Source: Chloroflexota bacterium
Lineage (GTDB): Bacteria; Chloroflexota; Anaerolineae; Anaerolineales; UBA4823
DNA: 64,000 nucleotides
NCBI GenBank assembly: GCA_049325275.1
Contig: JBMOLU010000001.1
Span: forward strand, 509,830 to 573,829
Direction of reading: 5' to 3'
The position numbers and the translations under genes were made by a program. The notes beneath the pieces were generated by a model, which saw only the letters and a list, made by a program, of their open reading frames with translations, had not been told where the DNA came from and did not search any database. Below, in pieces: positions 1 to 10,800 of the stretch. Positions within the stretch are counted from its first letter, which is position 1. Every line of letters starts with the position of its first letter.

Positions 1-360
1 CACCATATTCTGATGCCCGACCAGCGAACGGCTGGCATCGTTGAGGGCCTTCGTAAACAAGGTAAAGGGCAGCAAGGCGGCATACGCAAAAAGTGGGTAG
101 GGAATGTCGTTATCCGTCGGCATCTTGGCCAATTCGCCGAAGAAGATGCTAAACACCACCATTTGCAGGAAAGGCTGCAAGACGGCCCAGGAAACCCCCA
201 GGACGGTCTGTTTGTAACGCACTTTCAGATCGCGCCAGGTCATAAAATAGATCAGCTCGCGGTACACCCACAAGTCGCGCAAATTGAGCGCCGCCAGGCC
301 GCGCGTGGGGCGCAAAATGATGGTGGATGAAGAGGCCAATTCTTTCATACGGTTACTCAT
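1..360 (-). CDS. ABC-2 type polysaccharide/teichoic-acid exporter permease (Wzm/TagG-like); only the N-terminal 120 codons are present because the gene runs off the left edge
   Basis: My translation of the minus strand from ATG at 360 gives MSNRMKELASSSTIILRPTRGLAALNLRDLWVYRELIYFMTWRDLKVRYKQTVLGVSWAVLQPFLQMVVFSIFFG... The RDLKxRYKQTxLG...WxxLxP pattern is typical of ABC-2 permeases. It is absent from the ORF track because it is truncated. Confidence 0.6.
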   Translation of the reverse strand, partial: MSNRMKELASSSTIILRPTRGLAALNLRDLWVYRELIYFMTWRDLKVRYKQTVLGVSWAVLQPFLQMVVFSIFFGELAKMPTDNDIPYPLFAYAALLPFTLFTKALNDASRSLVGHQNMV

Positions 361-395
361 AAAACGCTTGTGGATGCGCTCTGATTTTGTGCCTA

Positions 396-1418
396 TCACG
401 CATCACGTCTCACGTTCTTGTACCACTCAATCGTCCGCCGCAGCCCTTCATCGAACGGCATCTGCGCCCGGAAGCCAAAATACTGTTCGGCGCGGCTCAC
501 ATCCAGGGCGCGGCGGGGCTGGCCGTTGGGCTTGGACGTGTCCCAGGCGATCTCGCCTTCGAAACCGGTCAGTTCGGCCACCTTCGTCGCCAGGTCTTTG
601 ATGCTGATTTCCATACCCGAGCCCAGGTTGACGGGTTCGTCCCCGTTGTAGCGCTCGGCAGCCAGCACAATCCCTTCGGCGGCGTCTTCGGCATAGAAAA
701 ATTCACGCGTCGGCGAACCGTCGCCCCACAAGGTCACCCGGCTCTCGCCGCGTTCTTGCGCTTCAATGAACTTGCGGATCAAAGCCGGGATCACGTGTCC
801 GGTTTCCAGGTCGAAGTTATCGCGCGGGCCGTAGAGGTTGACCGGCAGCAGAAAGATACCGTTGAAGCCGTACTGCTGGCGGTAGGCCTGGGATTGCACC
901 AGCAGCATCTTCTTTGCCAAACCATAGGGGGCGTTAGTTTCTTCCGGGTAGCCGTCCCACAGGTTTTCTTCCTTGAAGGGGATCGGCGTGAACTTGGGGT
1001 AGGCACAAATCGTGCCGATGGTGACGAATTTTTCGACGCCGCGCTGCCAGGCTTCGTGAATCAACTGCACGCCCATCATCAGGTTGGCATAGAAGAAGTC
1101 CGCCGGACGCTGCCGGTTGGCGCCGATGCCCCCGACGAGGGCGGCGAGGTGGATCACGAGGGTCGAGGAAGGTTGCACGGCCGAAGACTGCACCGCGGAC
1201 GCCTCTTCAACCTTCAAATGGCCGCTTTCGACATCCGCATACATGCGGCGGATGTCTGCGATATCACACAAATCGTATTGTTCGATGCGGGGAACATACA
1301 CATGGGTGGCGCCGCGTTGGTGTAACTTTCCGATCACGTACGAACCGAGGAAACCGGCCCCGCCTGTGACAATGACGCGTTTATTGGTCCAGAAGTTTGA
1401 AGGTTGAGAACTTGTCAT
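396..1418 (-). CDS. fcl: GDP-L-fucose synthase-like extended SDR (GDP-4-keto-6-deoxymannose epimerase/reductase family)
   Basis: 340-aa ORF with a Rossmann motif [15 protein letters not shown] (YxxxK), [19 protein letters not shown] and [10 protein letters not shown]. These match the Fcl/WcaG family. There is an extra segment of about 20 aa near residues 60-85. Confidence 0.65.
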   Translation of the reverse strand: MTSSQPSNFWTNKRVIVTGGAGFLGSYVIGKLHQRGATHVYVPRIEQYDLCDIADIRRMYADVESGHLKVEEASAVQSSAVQPSSTLVIHLAALVGGIGANRQRPADFFYANLMMGVQLIHEAWQRGVEKFVTIGTICAYPKFTPIPFKEENLWDGYPEETNAPYGLAKKMLLVQSQAYRQQYGFNGIFLLPVNLYGPRDNFDLETGHVIPALIRKFIEAQERGESRVTLWGDGSPTREFFYAEDAAEGIVLAAERYNGDEPVNLGSGMEISIKDLATKVAELTGFEGEIAWDTSKPNGQPRRALDVSRAEQYFGFRAQMPFDEGLRRTIEWYKNVRRDA

Positions 1419-1420
1419 GG

Positions 1421-2476
1421 TTAACTCACAATGAAATGCGAATTCCGGTAATGGGCGTCCTGCGGGTCGCGGATCAAGCCCGATTTCAGGGCGTTCAAGA
1501 CTTCACGGACCCCATCTTCGGCAGTGAATTGGGCCTGAAAGCCCAACTCGGTTTTGATTTTCTCGAACGAGACGGTGATGTCGCGCATGTCGCCGCCAAA
1601 GGTCATGTCCTTGTAGCTGACGCTGGTTTCTGGCAGGCGCCTGGTGATCAGGCCGACGATATCGTCCTTGCTGTGGTTACCGGCCTCCGAGCCGAGGTTG
1701 AAAACGTCGCTTTTCTCAACCTGTAAACCGAGCAGCAGGCCGCGCACCGCATCCCGCACGTGAATGAACGAACGCGAGTAACCCCGTTGGTAAATCAACA
1801 AGGCACGGCGCAGGTAAGCATCCAAAACGAACTGGTTGATCAGCGTGTCGAAGCGGGTGCGGGGCGAAACGCCGTATAAATGCGCCAGGCGGAAAATCAC
1901 CGGCACGCAGTCGCTGTGCGCCTGGCCGAGCAGGTAACGCTCCGATGCCAGCTTGGTCTCTGCATAAAGCGATTGGGCGCTGAGCGGCGACTGCTCCGTC
2001 ACCACCTTACCATCTGTCGCCAGGGCGTATACGTTGTAGGTGGAGGGGTAAATGAAACGCTTCGCTCCTGCGGATACTGCCTGCTCGAAGACGCGCTCGG
2101 TAGCCTCGACATTGTAACGCCAGGCCACCTGCCGTCCTACCGCCTGGCAGGCCGGGAAACCCACCAGCGCCGCCAGATGCATCACCCCGTAGGGCGCCGG
2201 CCATCCAGCCCGCCCGGCATCGATAACGGCATCGCGGATGACGCGCGGCTCCCAGACATTGACCTTTACGAAGCGAAAGTTGGGGTCAGAAAAATATGCC
2301 AACAGCGATTCCCCGCCGTAAAGCAGGTCATCGACGACGCTTACGCGATACCCCCGGCGCAGCAGTTCGCCCACCAGCAGCGAGCCAATGTATCCCGCCC
2401 CACCGGTGACGATGACGTGGCTGCCGGGCGGCAACGGTGCAACTTCAAGGTGTTCAACAACTTGTCGATCGATCAC
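1421..2476 (-). CDS. NAD-dependent epimerase/dehydratase (extended SDR), substrate unknown
   Basis: 351-aa ORF with TGGAGYIGS and the YAETK catalytic motif. It sits 2 nt from both flanking genes, consistent with an operon. Confidence 0.75.
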   Translation of the reverse strand: MIDRQVVEHLEVAPLPPGSHVIVTGGAGYIGSLLVGELLRRGYRVSVVDDLLYGGESLLAYFSDPNFRFVKVNVWEPRVIRDAVIDAGRAGWPAPYGVMHLAALVGFPACQAVGRQVAWRYNVEATERVFEQAVSAGAKRFIYPSTYNVYALATDGKVVTEQSPLSAQSLYAETKLASERYLLGQAHSDCVPVIFRLAHLYGVSPRTRFDTLINQFVLDAYLRRALLIYQRGYSRSFIHVRDAVRGLLLGLQVEKSDVFNLGSEAGNHSKDDIVGLITRRLPETSVSYKDMTFGGDMRDITVSFEKIKTELGFQAQFTAEDGVREVLNALKSGLIRDPQDAHYRNSHFIVS

Positions 2477-2478
2477 AA

Positions 2479-3036
2479 TCAGCTCCTGGTTTTCAACGCC
2501 TGCCCTTCAACCGGAAGAACCAGCGAGATTTTCCACCCGCGCACTTCGAGCGTGGGCAGTTGGGGCGCTTCGGATACTTCGACACCCTGCTCCAGGCAGG
2601 TCAGGCGGCAGATATCGACGATATCGGCGTAGGTGGCGTTACCGTTGGCCGAGTTCGTTTCGTCCCACCTGCCATCGGCGCCGCCGTCGATGTACAGGGC
2701 GTGATAACCGGCTTGCCTGGCCTCGGCCACCAGCTCGCTGGCACGGCGGCGCGTGTTACGGTAGAGCAACATCGATTGCTCGATGTAATCGACCGTCAGG
2801 CGCGCCCGGTGGGCGATGCCCTCAGGCGTAATGATGTAACGCAGCTTTTTTCGTTCGGCGCGCTTGACCTTGACATACCCCTTGGAAATCAGGCGCTTCA
2901 AATGCCAGTTGACCGTCCCCACGGCCACGCCGAGTTGATCGGCCAGCGAAGCCTGGGAAACGTCGGGATTGCGCTCGATCTGCTCGAGCAAACCCATGTC
3001 ACGCGATTCGGTCGTAAACGTATCGTTTAGCATCAT
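2479..3036 (-). CDS. Winged-helix (MarR/ArsR-like) transcriptional regulator with an uncharacterised C-terminal domain
   Basis: MGLLEQIERNPDVSQASLADQLGVAVGTVNWHLKRLISKGYVKV is a typical wHTH. I placed the start at the internal ATG-ATG (3036) rather than the ORF-track start at 3123, so the start is uncertain. Confidence 0.6.
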   Translation of the reverse strand: MMLNDTFTTESRDMGLLEQIERNPDVSQASLADQLGVAVGTVNWHLKRLISKGYVKVKRAERKKLRYIITPEGIAHRARLTVDYIEQSMLLYRNTRRRASELVAEARQAGYHALYIDGGADGRWDETNSANGNATYADIVDICRLTCLEQGVEVSEAPQLPTLEVRGWKISLVLPVEGQALKTRS

Positions 3037-3169
3037 ACAAAGGGCAGGGCGAGCCTGCACGGCACAAACGACGTTCGTATGAACGCCGCCCAGCAGACCC
3101 GCCCGATCTATCTCAAAATTCAACTACTGAATTATAACCGCACTTTGCCACAGGTCAAGAGCACGCCGG

Positions 3170-3808
3170 TCACGGACAGGCGAAATCCCCCACGATGCGC
3201 AGGATGTCGAAGCCCTCGGCAAAAGGACGTTCGGCCAGCGCGCCATGGCGAATGCAGGTGGCGCGCAGCACGGCGGCGTCGAAGTAATAGCGGTCACAGT
3301 AGGTTTTGTACTGCATCAGCGCTTCGATTTTGCGCTCGACATCTTCCTGACGTACTTCCACCAGGAAATGCGGAAAGAAGCCGTAGCTGCTGCGTAAGGC
3401 ATCGAAGCCGAGCACGGTCGTGCCGCGAAAGGCACGCAGGCATTCTTCAGTGACGGTGTTATGGTCCTGGTGAATGTCGGAACGCGTGTGGCAAAAGACG
3501 ATATCCGGCCTGTGTTCTCGATTCAGCTTGAAGAGATACTCGAGAATCTCCTGGCGGTCGGCAGGAAAGTAGCGTGTCGTGAAGGACTGCACGATATCGC
3601 GCTCGCGCGGCACGCCCAGTATGGCCATGCTGCGATGATGTTCGTCGACCACGTTCTTCAAGCTTGGATTCTTCTGGTTGTCCGAGATGGTGACGCACAG
3701 GATATCGGTCTTGTCCGCAATATTTGCAATAAACGCCCCACACCCTAACTCGATATCATCGGGGTGAGCGCCAATAAAGAGAAGTTTCTTGCCGTAAAAA
3801 AACATCAC
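3170..3808 (-). CDS. PIG-L/LmbE family deacetylase
   Basis: Carries the GAHPDDIELGCG and HQDH motifs. It has an ATGA start/stop overlap with the upstream methyltransferase. Confidence 0.75.
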   Translation of the reverse strand: MMFFYGKKLLFIGAHPDDIELGCGAFIANIADKTDILCVTISDNQKNPSLKNVVDEHHRSMAILGVPRERDIVQSFTTRYFPADRQEILEYLFKLNREHRPDIVFCHTRSDIHQDHNTVTEECLRAFRGTTVLGFDALRSSYGFFPHFLVEVRQEDVERKIEALMQYKTYCDRYYFDAAVLRATCIRHGALAERPFAEGFDILRIVGDFACP

Positions 3809-4614
3809 TGGCCCTTGTGAGCGATGAACCCGCCGACGACTTTCGTCATCACCAGTTCGCCATCACGCGCCAGGCGCCGGGCCGAGACGTCGGCGATGCG
3901 GGCCATGACGCTTTCGAAGGTGTCTACTTCGTCGAAGAAGCTGCCCCAAATTTTGCGGTCTTCGTTGAGGGAGGCGCGCGTGTAATCGACAAAGGGCTGC
4001 ACTTCACGGAAACTCAGCGGATTTTCAAAGACATGTACATTCACACCGGCAAAGGTGGCCTTCATGGCGTCGAGAATCTGGCTGCCATAGCGCGAGCTGC
4101 CCGGCATCGGTGGGATGGGCTTGTTGTTGGTGGCTTCACGAATGACATCATAGAAGAGCTGCTTGTTGGTGGGCATCGGTCCCGTGCTGAACAGGCGGCC
4201 GCCCGGCTTGAGCACGCGGTGCATTTCCCGGATGGTGAAGGGAATGTCCAGGGCATAGTAAATCGCAAAACAGCAGGTGACCAGGTCGAACTGGTTGTCT
4301 TCGAACGGAAAACGCTGGTTGAAATCCAGTTCAAGGATGGTGAGGGGGTTGCCGAGGCGGGCGTTTTCTTCCCGGGCCTTCGCCAGCAACTCGGCGTTGA
4401 CATCACCGCCGGTGATGTCGGCTTCGCCGGCCAGCGCCTTGTGAAACAGGAGGCACTGCTTCCCCGCGCCACAGCCCACATCGAGGATTTTGGCCCCTTT
4501 CTGGACTTGCAGCAAATCGAGCATCCACTGGTCGATGTCGCGACCGCCGTACTTCTTGTGAATGTCGATGCGGGTCAACAGGTCGCTGGTGGTTTCCTGG
4601 TATTTGATCTCCAT
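3805..4614 (-). CDS. Class I SAM-dependent methyltransferase
   Basis: Carries motif I, ILDVGCGAGKQ. I moved the start to ATG 4614 (MEIKYQETT), which is preceded by aaaggaaa. The ORF track extends to 4650. Confidence 0.75.
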   Translation of the reverse strand: MEIKYQETTSDLLTRIDIHKKYGGRDIDQWMLDLLQVQKGAKILDVGCGAGKQCLLFHKALAGEADITGGDVNAELLAKAREENARLGNPLTILELDFNQRFPFEDNQFDLVTCCFAIYYALDIPFTIREMHRVLKPGGRLFSTGPMPTNKQLFYDVIREATNNKPIPPMPGSSRYGSQILDAMKATFAGVNVHVFENPLSFREVQPFVDYTRASLNEDRKIWGSFFDEVDTFESVMARIADVSARRLARDGELVMTKVVGGFIAHKGQ

Positions 4615-4749
4615 AAGATTTCCTTTTCTAGTACAAGAAGGGTCAAGCAAACGCAGGCAAGTATCCCGAATTTATCCGAATTTGTCAATGGGGCGAGGGA
4701 TTTCACTCCGTACCACCTTGCAGCGCCAGATCAGAGATGTGCGCAAGGC

Positions 4750-4794
4750 AAAAGGGACGTGCAGCAGCACGGAGTTGCTGCACGTCCCTTTTTT
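4750..4794. terminator. Bidirectional intrinsic terminator after the giant surface-protein gene
   Basis: Perfect 13-bp stem gggacgtgcagca/tgctgcacgtccc (4754-4788). It is flanked by AAAA on the left and TTTTTT on the right. Confidence 0.8.
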
Positions 4795-4823
4795 GCTTTT
4801 GTTCGAATGCGAGGCAAAGCCCG

Positions 4824-7800
4824 TCACGAAGCGGCCAGGCGTCTCGCTTTTCTAAACCCGACAAAGGCGGCTAACAGCAGTACCAGGGCGATCGGCACAG
4901 AGAACCAGGAAACCGGTGAAACTGTGTACGCCGTGGCCGTTTCGACGGTCACGTGGGTCGGACTGAAGGCCCACTGGTAGTCTTCCACCTCCCCGTCGAC
5001 AACAACGCCGGTGGGGGCGATCACGGCAGGCGGCGAGAAGCCCTGGTACAGGCGGAAACGGACGTTGAGCAGCGTATTCGTGCTGCCCGTGCAGCAGTTG
5101 GACGGCAGGACCAGCGGCAGCGAACGAGCGCCCTCGGCAAGCTGGCCGTAGTAACGGTACTCGCCGCTGTCGTTGAAGTCACCGTCGCGATTCCAGTCGA
5201 ACCAGGCGGCCAGGTAGGCGTTGTCGCCGGTCACGGTTACGGTCAGGTGGACGGTCGTATTGGGCGTCCACAGCTCGTACGGCGCCCGCACGACGCCGTT
5301 TTCATCGCTGCCATCGCCGGTGGCCGTGCTGTTGGGTTGGCCATCGGGTTCGTAATCGACTGATCCCATGTAGTGCTCGGACGGGTTCAAATCGGCATTG
5401 CGATCGGTGGTGTGGATGTGGCACGGCCCATTGGCAGCAAGTTGTGTGCCGTACTGGTAAGCGCTGACGTTGTAGGTGCTGGGCAGATCGCCGCAATCCA
5501 TCAAGGCATACAGGCCGAAGTCTACATTGGCCGTATTCCCGCTGAGGCTGACCTGTGTCCAGTTGTTACAGGCCGAGCCGACGTTCGTACAGAGTGAATC
5601 GTCGGGTTCGGTCGTGATCGTCAACAGGTTGAGTTGGCCGGCTTTATTGAAGGCCACGCGGTAGTTGCCCGCCGGCAGGCCGCTGAACTGGTAGGTGTTG
5701 GTGCCGGTGACCGTAGTGGTGGTGGCAATCAGGGCGCCGGTCGTGGCATCGTAGAGGGAAACGGTGATGCCCGGGTAGGGCACGTCCGTCCCCGCTGCGT
5801 AGGCGCCGCCGTCGCCGCCGGCGTCATAGAAAACAGTGCCGCTGAGAGTGTAAGCGCCGCTCAGGTCATAACGGTAGCCAAAATCGACATCCATGCTGCA
5901 AGCCGTGCAGGCGGTGCCCCCCACGCTGCTTACGTCGCCGCCGCTCAAGGTGACTTCAATCGTCCCGTCGGGTGTGGCGTCGTTGGTTTCGTAGGTTTGT
6001 GCGTAATTTGCCGGCGTCGAAACCGAAACGAACCAGTTGCCATCGCCGATGCCGCCGAAGGCGTAGTGACCGTCGCCGTCGGTGCTGGTAGTGTAATTGG
6101 CGTTGGCGCCGGTACAGGGAGGCGTATCGCTGCTGTCGCACAGGTAAACCGCCGCACCGCTCAAACCCGGTTCGGTGTCTTGGCGCACGCCATCGTTATT
6201 GAGATCCACCCAGAGCGTGTCGCCGATGCGCCCCAGGGGGCGGTAGGCGAAGTCGGCCGTATGGTTGATCTGGCCGTAGGCAAGCGTGAGCGAGGCGTTG
6301 GTGTTGCACCCGCTGGCACAGCCGATGGCCGAAACGGGCGCATCCGGATCGTATGTTTGCAGGTATCCCGCCGGAACTCCCGACCCCACCTCGACGACGT
6401 AGTAATCGCTGGGCGGCAGGCCGGTGAATTCATAGAGGCCGGCCGCATCGGTCGCATCTGAACCAACCAGGAGGCGCGTCTCACCGCTGTCCCACTGCCC
6501 GTTGCCGTTGCTGTCGGTGTAGGTGTACAGGTTGACGGTCACACCGCCAAGGCCGGGTTCGCCGGCGTCCTGCAGGCCGTTGGCGTTGTTATCCTGCCAG
6601 ATCAGGTCGCCGATCGCGCCGGGGGGGGCAAAACCAAAATCGGCCGTCAGGTTGTTGGGGCTGCCGGCGTTGAGCACGATCAGGGTGGGGTCGTTGCCGG
6701 TGGTCAGGAGATAGCGGTTGCCGTAGGCGTTGGTCGGCAGGTCGCTGTCGGCGGTATCCACGTCCACCAGGTAACGCCCGTACGGCAAGTTCTCGAAGAG
6801 ATACGCCCCGTCGGCGTCGCTGGTCGTGACGGCAACCACGGCATCGTCGGCATCGATGCTGCCGTTGGCGTTGCTGTCTTCGTAAAGGGTGACGGTGACG
6901 TTGGCGATGCCGGTTTCGGCGGCGTCCTGCACGCCATCGCCGTTGGCGTCCTTCCAGACGTAGTCGCCGATCGAACCGCCGCCGCTCGGCCGGTAGCCGA
7001 AGTCTACGCTGAGCACGTTGGCCGTACCGGCGAAGTTGAGGTTGTAGCGGTTGTCGCAAACACCGCAGACGCCGCTCTGGCTTGGATCGGCGGTCTGGAC
7101 GTAGCCCGCCGGCAGCGAGTCGCCGTCAACGACGACGATGTAGTAGTCGGCGCCCAGGTTCGGGAAGAGATAGTTTCCATTGGTGTCGGTGGTGGTGGCC
7201 GCGGCAAGCGGGTCGCCCGCATCGAGGGCCCCGTCACGGTCTCTATCGAAATACAGGCGCACGGTGGCGTTGGCGATGCCCTCTTCGCCCGTATCCTGAG
7301 CGCCATCGCCGTCCCAATCGGTAAAGAGCGTATCGCCGATGCCATAAACCGTCGGCGTGCGGCGGTAGGCGAAGTCGTAGCTGCCGTTGACGCCGGCCGG
7401 GAAGGTGATTGCCGCGGTGGTTCGGCTGTCGAAGGTCGTGTCGGGGTCTTCCGTTTGCGTCCAGCCTGTCGCGCCGTTTGGCAAGCTGGACGTGTCAACC
7501 GAAATGTAATAAGGCGTCGCCGTCGAAACGCCCAGGAAGCTGTACCCTCCGTTTGCATCCGTCGTCGTTGCGACGACCGTGTTGCCGCCCGTCGTACTGC
7601 AAGTCGAAGCCGTGCAAAGGCGGACGGTCACGCCGCTGAAGAAAGGCTCACTGGCGTCCTTGACGCCGTCCCCGTCCAGGTCTTCCCACAACATGCCGTA
7701 GACGGAGGCCGTCGTCAGGGTGTAGCCGAAGTCGAGCGTCAGGTCGTCGCTGCCGGTGACGGTTACGGCTGCCGTGCCGTTCCCGTTGGTTGCACCATCG

Positions 7801-10800
7801 TCATCGTAGGTAAAGGTGCCGGGCGCCGTCGGGACGTTGACGTAGTAGCTGCCATCGGTAACCGTGAAGGAGTAATAGCCGCTGGCGTTGGTGGTTGTCG
7901 TCTCCAGCACGGTGGTACAGGCTGCACTGCTGCACAGGCGCACGGTCACGCCGGGGACGCCCACTTCGCCGGCATCCTGCACGCCCGGGTTGGCGGTATC
8001 ATTCCACACCCGGTCGCCGATCACGGCGGTGCGGTTGATCGTCACCGGGGCTGTGTCTTGCCCGTCGTTGACGGCGCGCCCGCTGCCGAATTTTGCCCCG
8101 CTGACGGTGGCCGTGTTGACGGTCGAGGCCGAAACCGCCGCCGGGTCGAGCGCCAGGAAAGTGACCCGGACGACCCGGCTCTCGCCGCCGGAAAGCGGGC
8201 CAAGATTGCTCCAGACAACCGTACCGGTCGTATTGGGGGCCGTGCCGCTTGTAGCCGCCGTCGAATGCGATGGGCTGGCCGAGACGAATTGCAGCAGATC
8301 GGCGTCGTAGGTGTCGGTCAGCGGCAGGGTGGCGACGACGTCATCGCCGCCGCCGCAGGGTTCGTTGGTGGTGACGATGTAGGCGGCTGCGTCCAGGCCG
8401 ATGTCACCGGAGGTCGGCGAACTGGATGTCGTTAGCTGCAACTCGCTGGCGTTGGCGCTAAAGTTTGCCCAGGTCCAGGTGCCGTTCAAGGCAGCGGTTT
8501 CGAACATGTACTCCGTGCCTGCTGCACCCGTGAAGTGAGTGGCGCCGTTGTAGATGAACTGGTTGGTCGTATCTCTGGCGTCCGAACGCCAGACGTCCAC
8601 CGTAATGGAATCGGCGGCCTGGAAGTTGGTAACTTCCGTAAAATACAGGCGCAGCTTTACCGAACGGATCGAACCGGTTTTCCCCGCCAAGTTAAATCCG
8701 CTCAGGCCGAGCACGTCGGCCGTATTGCGCATACCCGTGGTCGCATACAGCCGATCCGGCTCGTTGAGGGTGTTGTTCGGATTCGTCCACTGTGAGTTGG
8801 CGTTGTTGCCGCCGGGCGGCGTAAGCGTGTTGTCACCGTGGGCAATCGTCGCCCAGATCGGGTACGTACAGTAGCTGCCATCGGCTTCCGGGCGGGTGTT
8901 GGTCAGGGTGATATCGAAAACCACCGGGCTGCCCTCACCGACCGGGCTGGTGGAAACGAGCGCCTTATCCACCTGCAGCGCCGGGGCAAAGCCGAAGTCG
9001 GCCGTGTTGTCATCGGTGCCGGCGGTGCTGATATCTGCATCCAACACGACCCGGGTGGTGTTTGAAAAGCCCGTGGGCAGGTCGCTGTCACCGGCATCCA
9101 CGACGACCAGGTAACTGCCGTTGGGCAGAAACGTAAAGTCGTAGGCTCCGCCACTGGCGGTCACCGTGCTGGTGATTAGGGCGTCGCCGTCGTCGAGGGC
9201 GTTGTTGTTATTGGCATCCCAGTAAAGCGAAACGCCGATGCCGTCGATGCCGGTCTCGCTGCCGCCATCCTGTGCGCCATCGCCGTCCAGATCGCGCCAG
9301 ACAAAATCGCCGATGCTGGAACTGCCGCGCACCAGGGTGTTGTGCTCGTCGCAGTCGAGAGCAAGGCTTGCCCCGCCCAGGTTGGCGCAGGCTTCGTTTT
9401 CGATCAGCGTGCTGCCTGTATAGCTGGCCGGGATGATCGCCCGGAAGGTGGCCGTGCCGTAGCTGGTGTTGTTGCCGCTGCCGGGCATGGCCGGCAGCGG
9501 ATCGGTGAGTTGCCAGCGAATGACAATCGGGGCAGCGGCCGTGCTGGTCGGATCGGTTCCCGGGCAAGTGGAAAACAGGGATTCGTTATCGCGCCAGGTT
9601 TCGCCGCCGTCGTTGGAATACAGGGTTTTGTAACCGGGCGCCGTGCCGGGCGTGTACCCCAGGGAAAGTAAAGCGCTGCCGCAGTCATACTGCAAGCCGG
9701 CAGGCACGCTGTCCTCAATGGTGAAGGGCATGTCGACCCCATAGCCGCCGGTCGAAAGCACCAGCCCGGCGCTGCCGTCGCCATTATTGACGAAAGGAAT
9801 TTGATAAGTAATCGTCCCGCCCAACGACTGGGTGGTCTCACCATCTTTCGTCACCGTGATTTCAGGCGCAAAGCTTTTGATCGGCGGGATGCCGGCGCCG
9901 AAGTCGCCGTTGAACTTCTCGTTATCGGCCCCGGAGGCGGCCTCCTGGTAGGGCGTCATGGCCGTGGTGCAGGTGCCGCCCAGCGCCAGGAAGGTGTAAC
10001 GTACCACACCGGTGACGTTGGTGTTATCGGAAGGCAGGTTGGTGAAGTAAAGGTTGTCGGTGAAGTTGAGAATTTGATCCGGTGCGCCGCCACGCGTGAC
10101 CGTCAGGGTACCGGTGGTGCGGATCAGGCGGAAACAACTCGGATCGTAGCTCGGATCGCCGAAAGGCTGCATCCAGGCGTTGTAATCGAACTGCAAATCG
10201 CCGTCGTTATCGAACCCCTTGTTGACGTTGCCGAAAGTGTAAAGCACGCCGTTGGAGGTGATCACCTCCCCGGCCTCGACGACGTTGGTATCGGTAGTGA
10301 ACCAGTGCCCGCTGGGGTTGGGTTCGATCTTGTTCGCCATGGCCGAGATTTCGTTGCGCATGGTCATCTTCCAGGTCGCCTCGTCGATATCGACGACGGT
10401 TCCCGCCGACGTGGTGCTCTTACCCCAAACGTCGAAATCGAGCCACAAGTCGTCGTTGGGGTTGTTGGTTGCGCCCCAAACCGGGTCCAGGCTGCAGGGG
10501 ATGGCGCCGTTGTTTTCACAGCGCGGATAGGTAAACGACCAGTACTGTACCTTGCACTGCCCGGCAGGGATGTCGCCGATGTAACGGGCTGCATCGGCCG
10601 TGCCGCCCAGATGCATGAAGCTGTAGGAAATGCTGCCACTTGTATCGCTCTGCCAGGTATGCTGGGTTGCAAAAGTGGCATTGGCGACACGCGCCGGGTA
10701 AACCCCCGGGGTGTCATTCGCCGCAGTGCCATCGACGTAGTTGCCGATATAGCCGACCACGTTTGGCAGGGTCGCCGTGCTGGTGTTGCAGAATTTGCCG

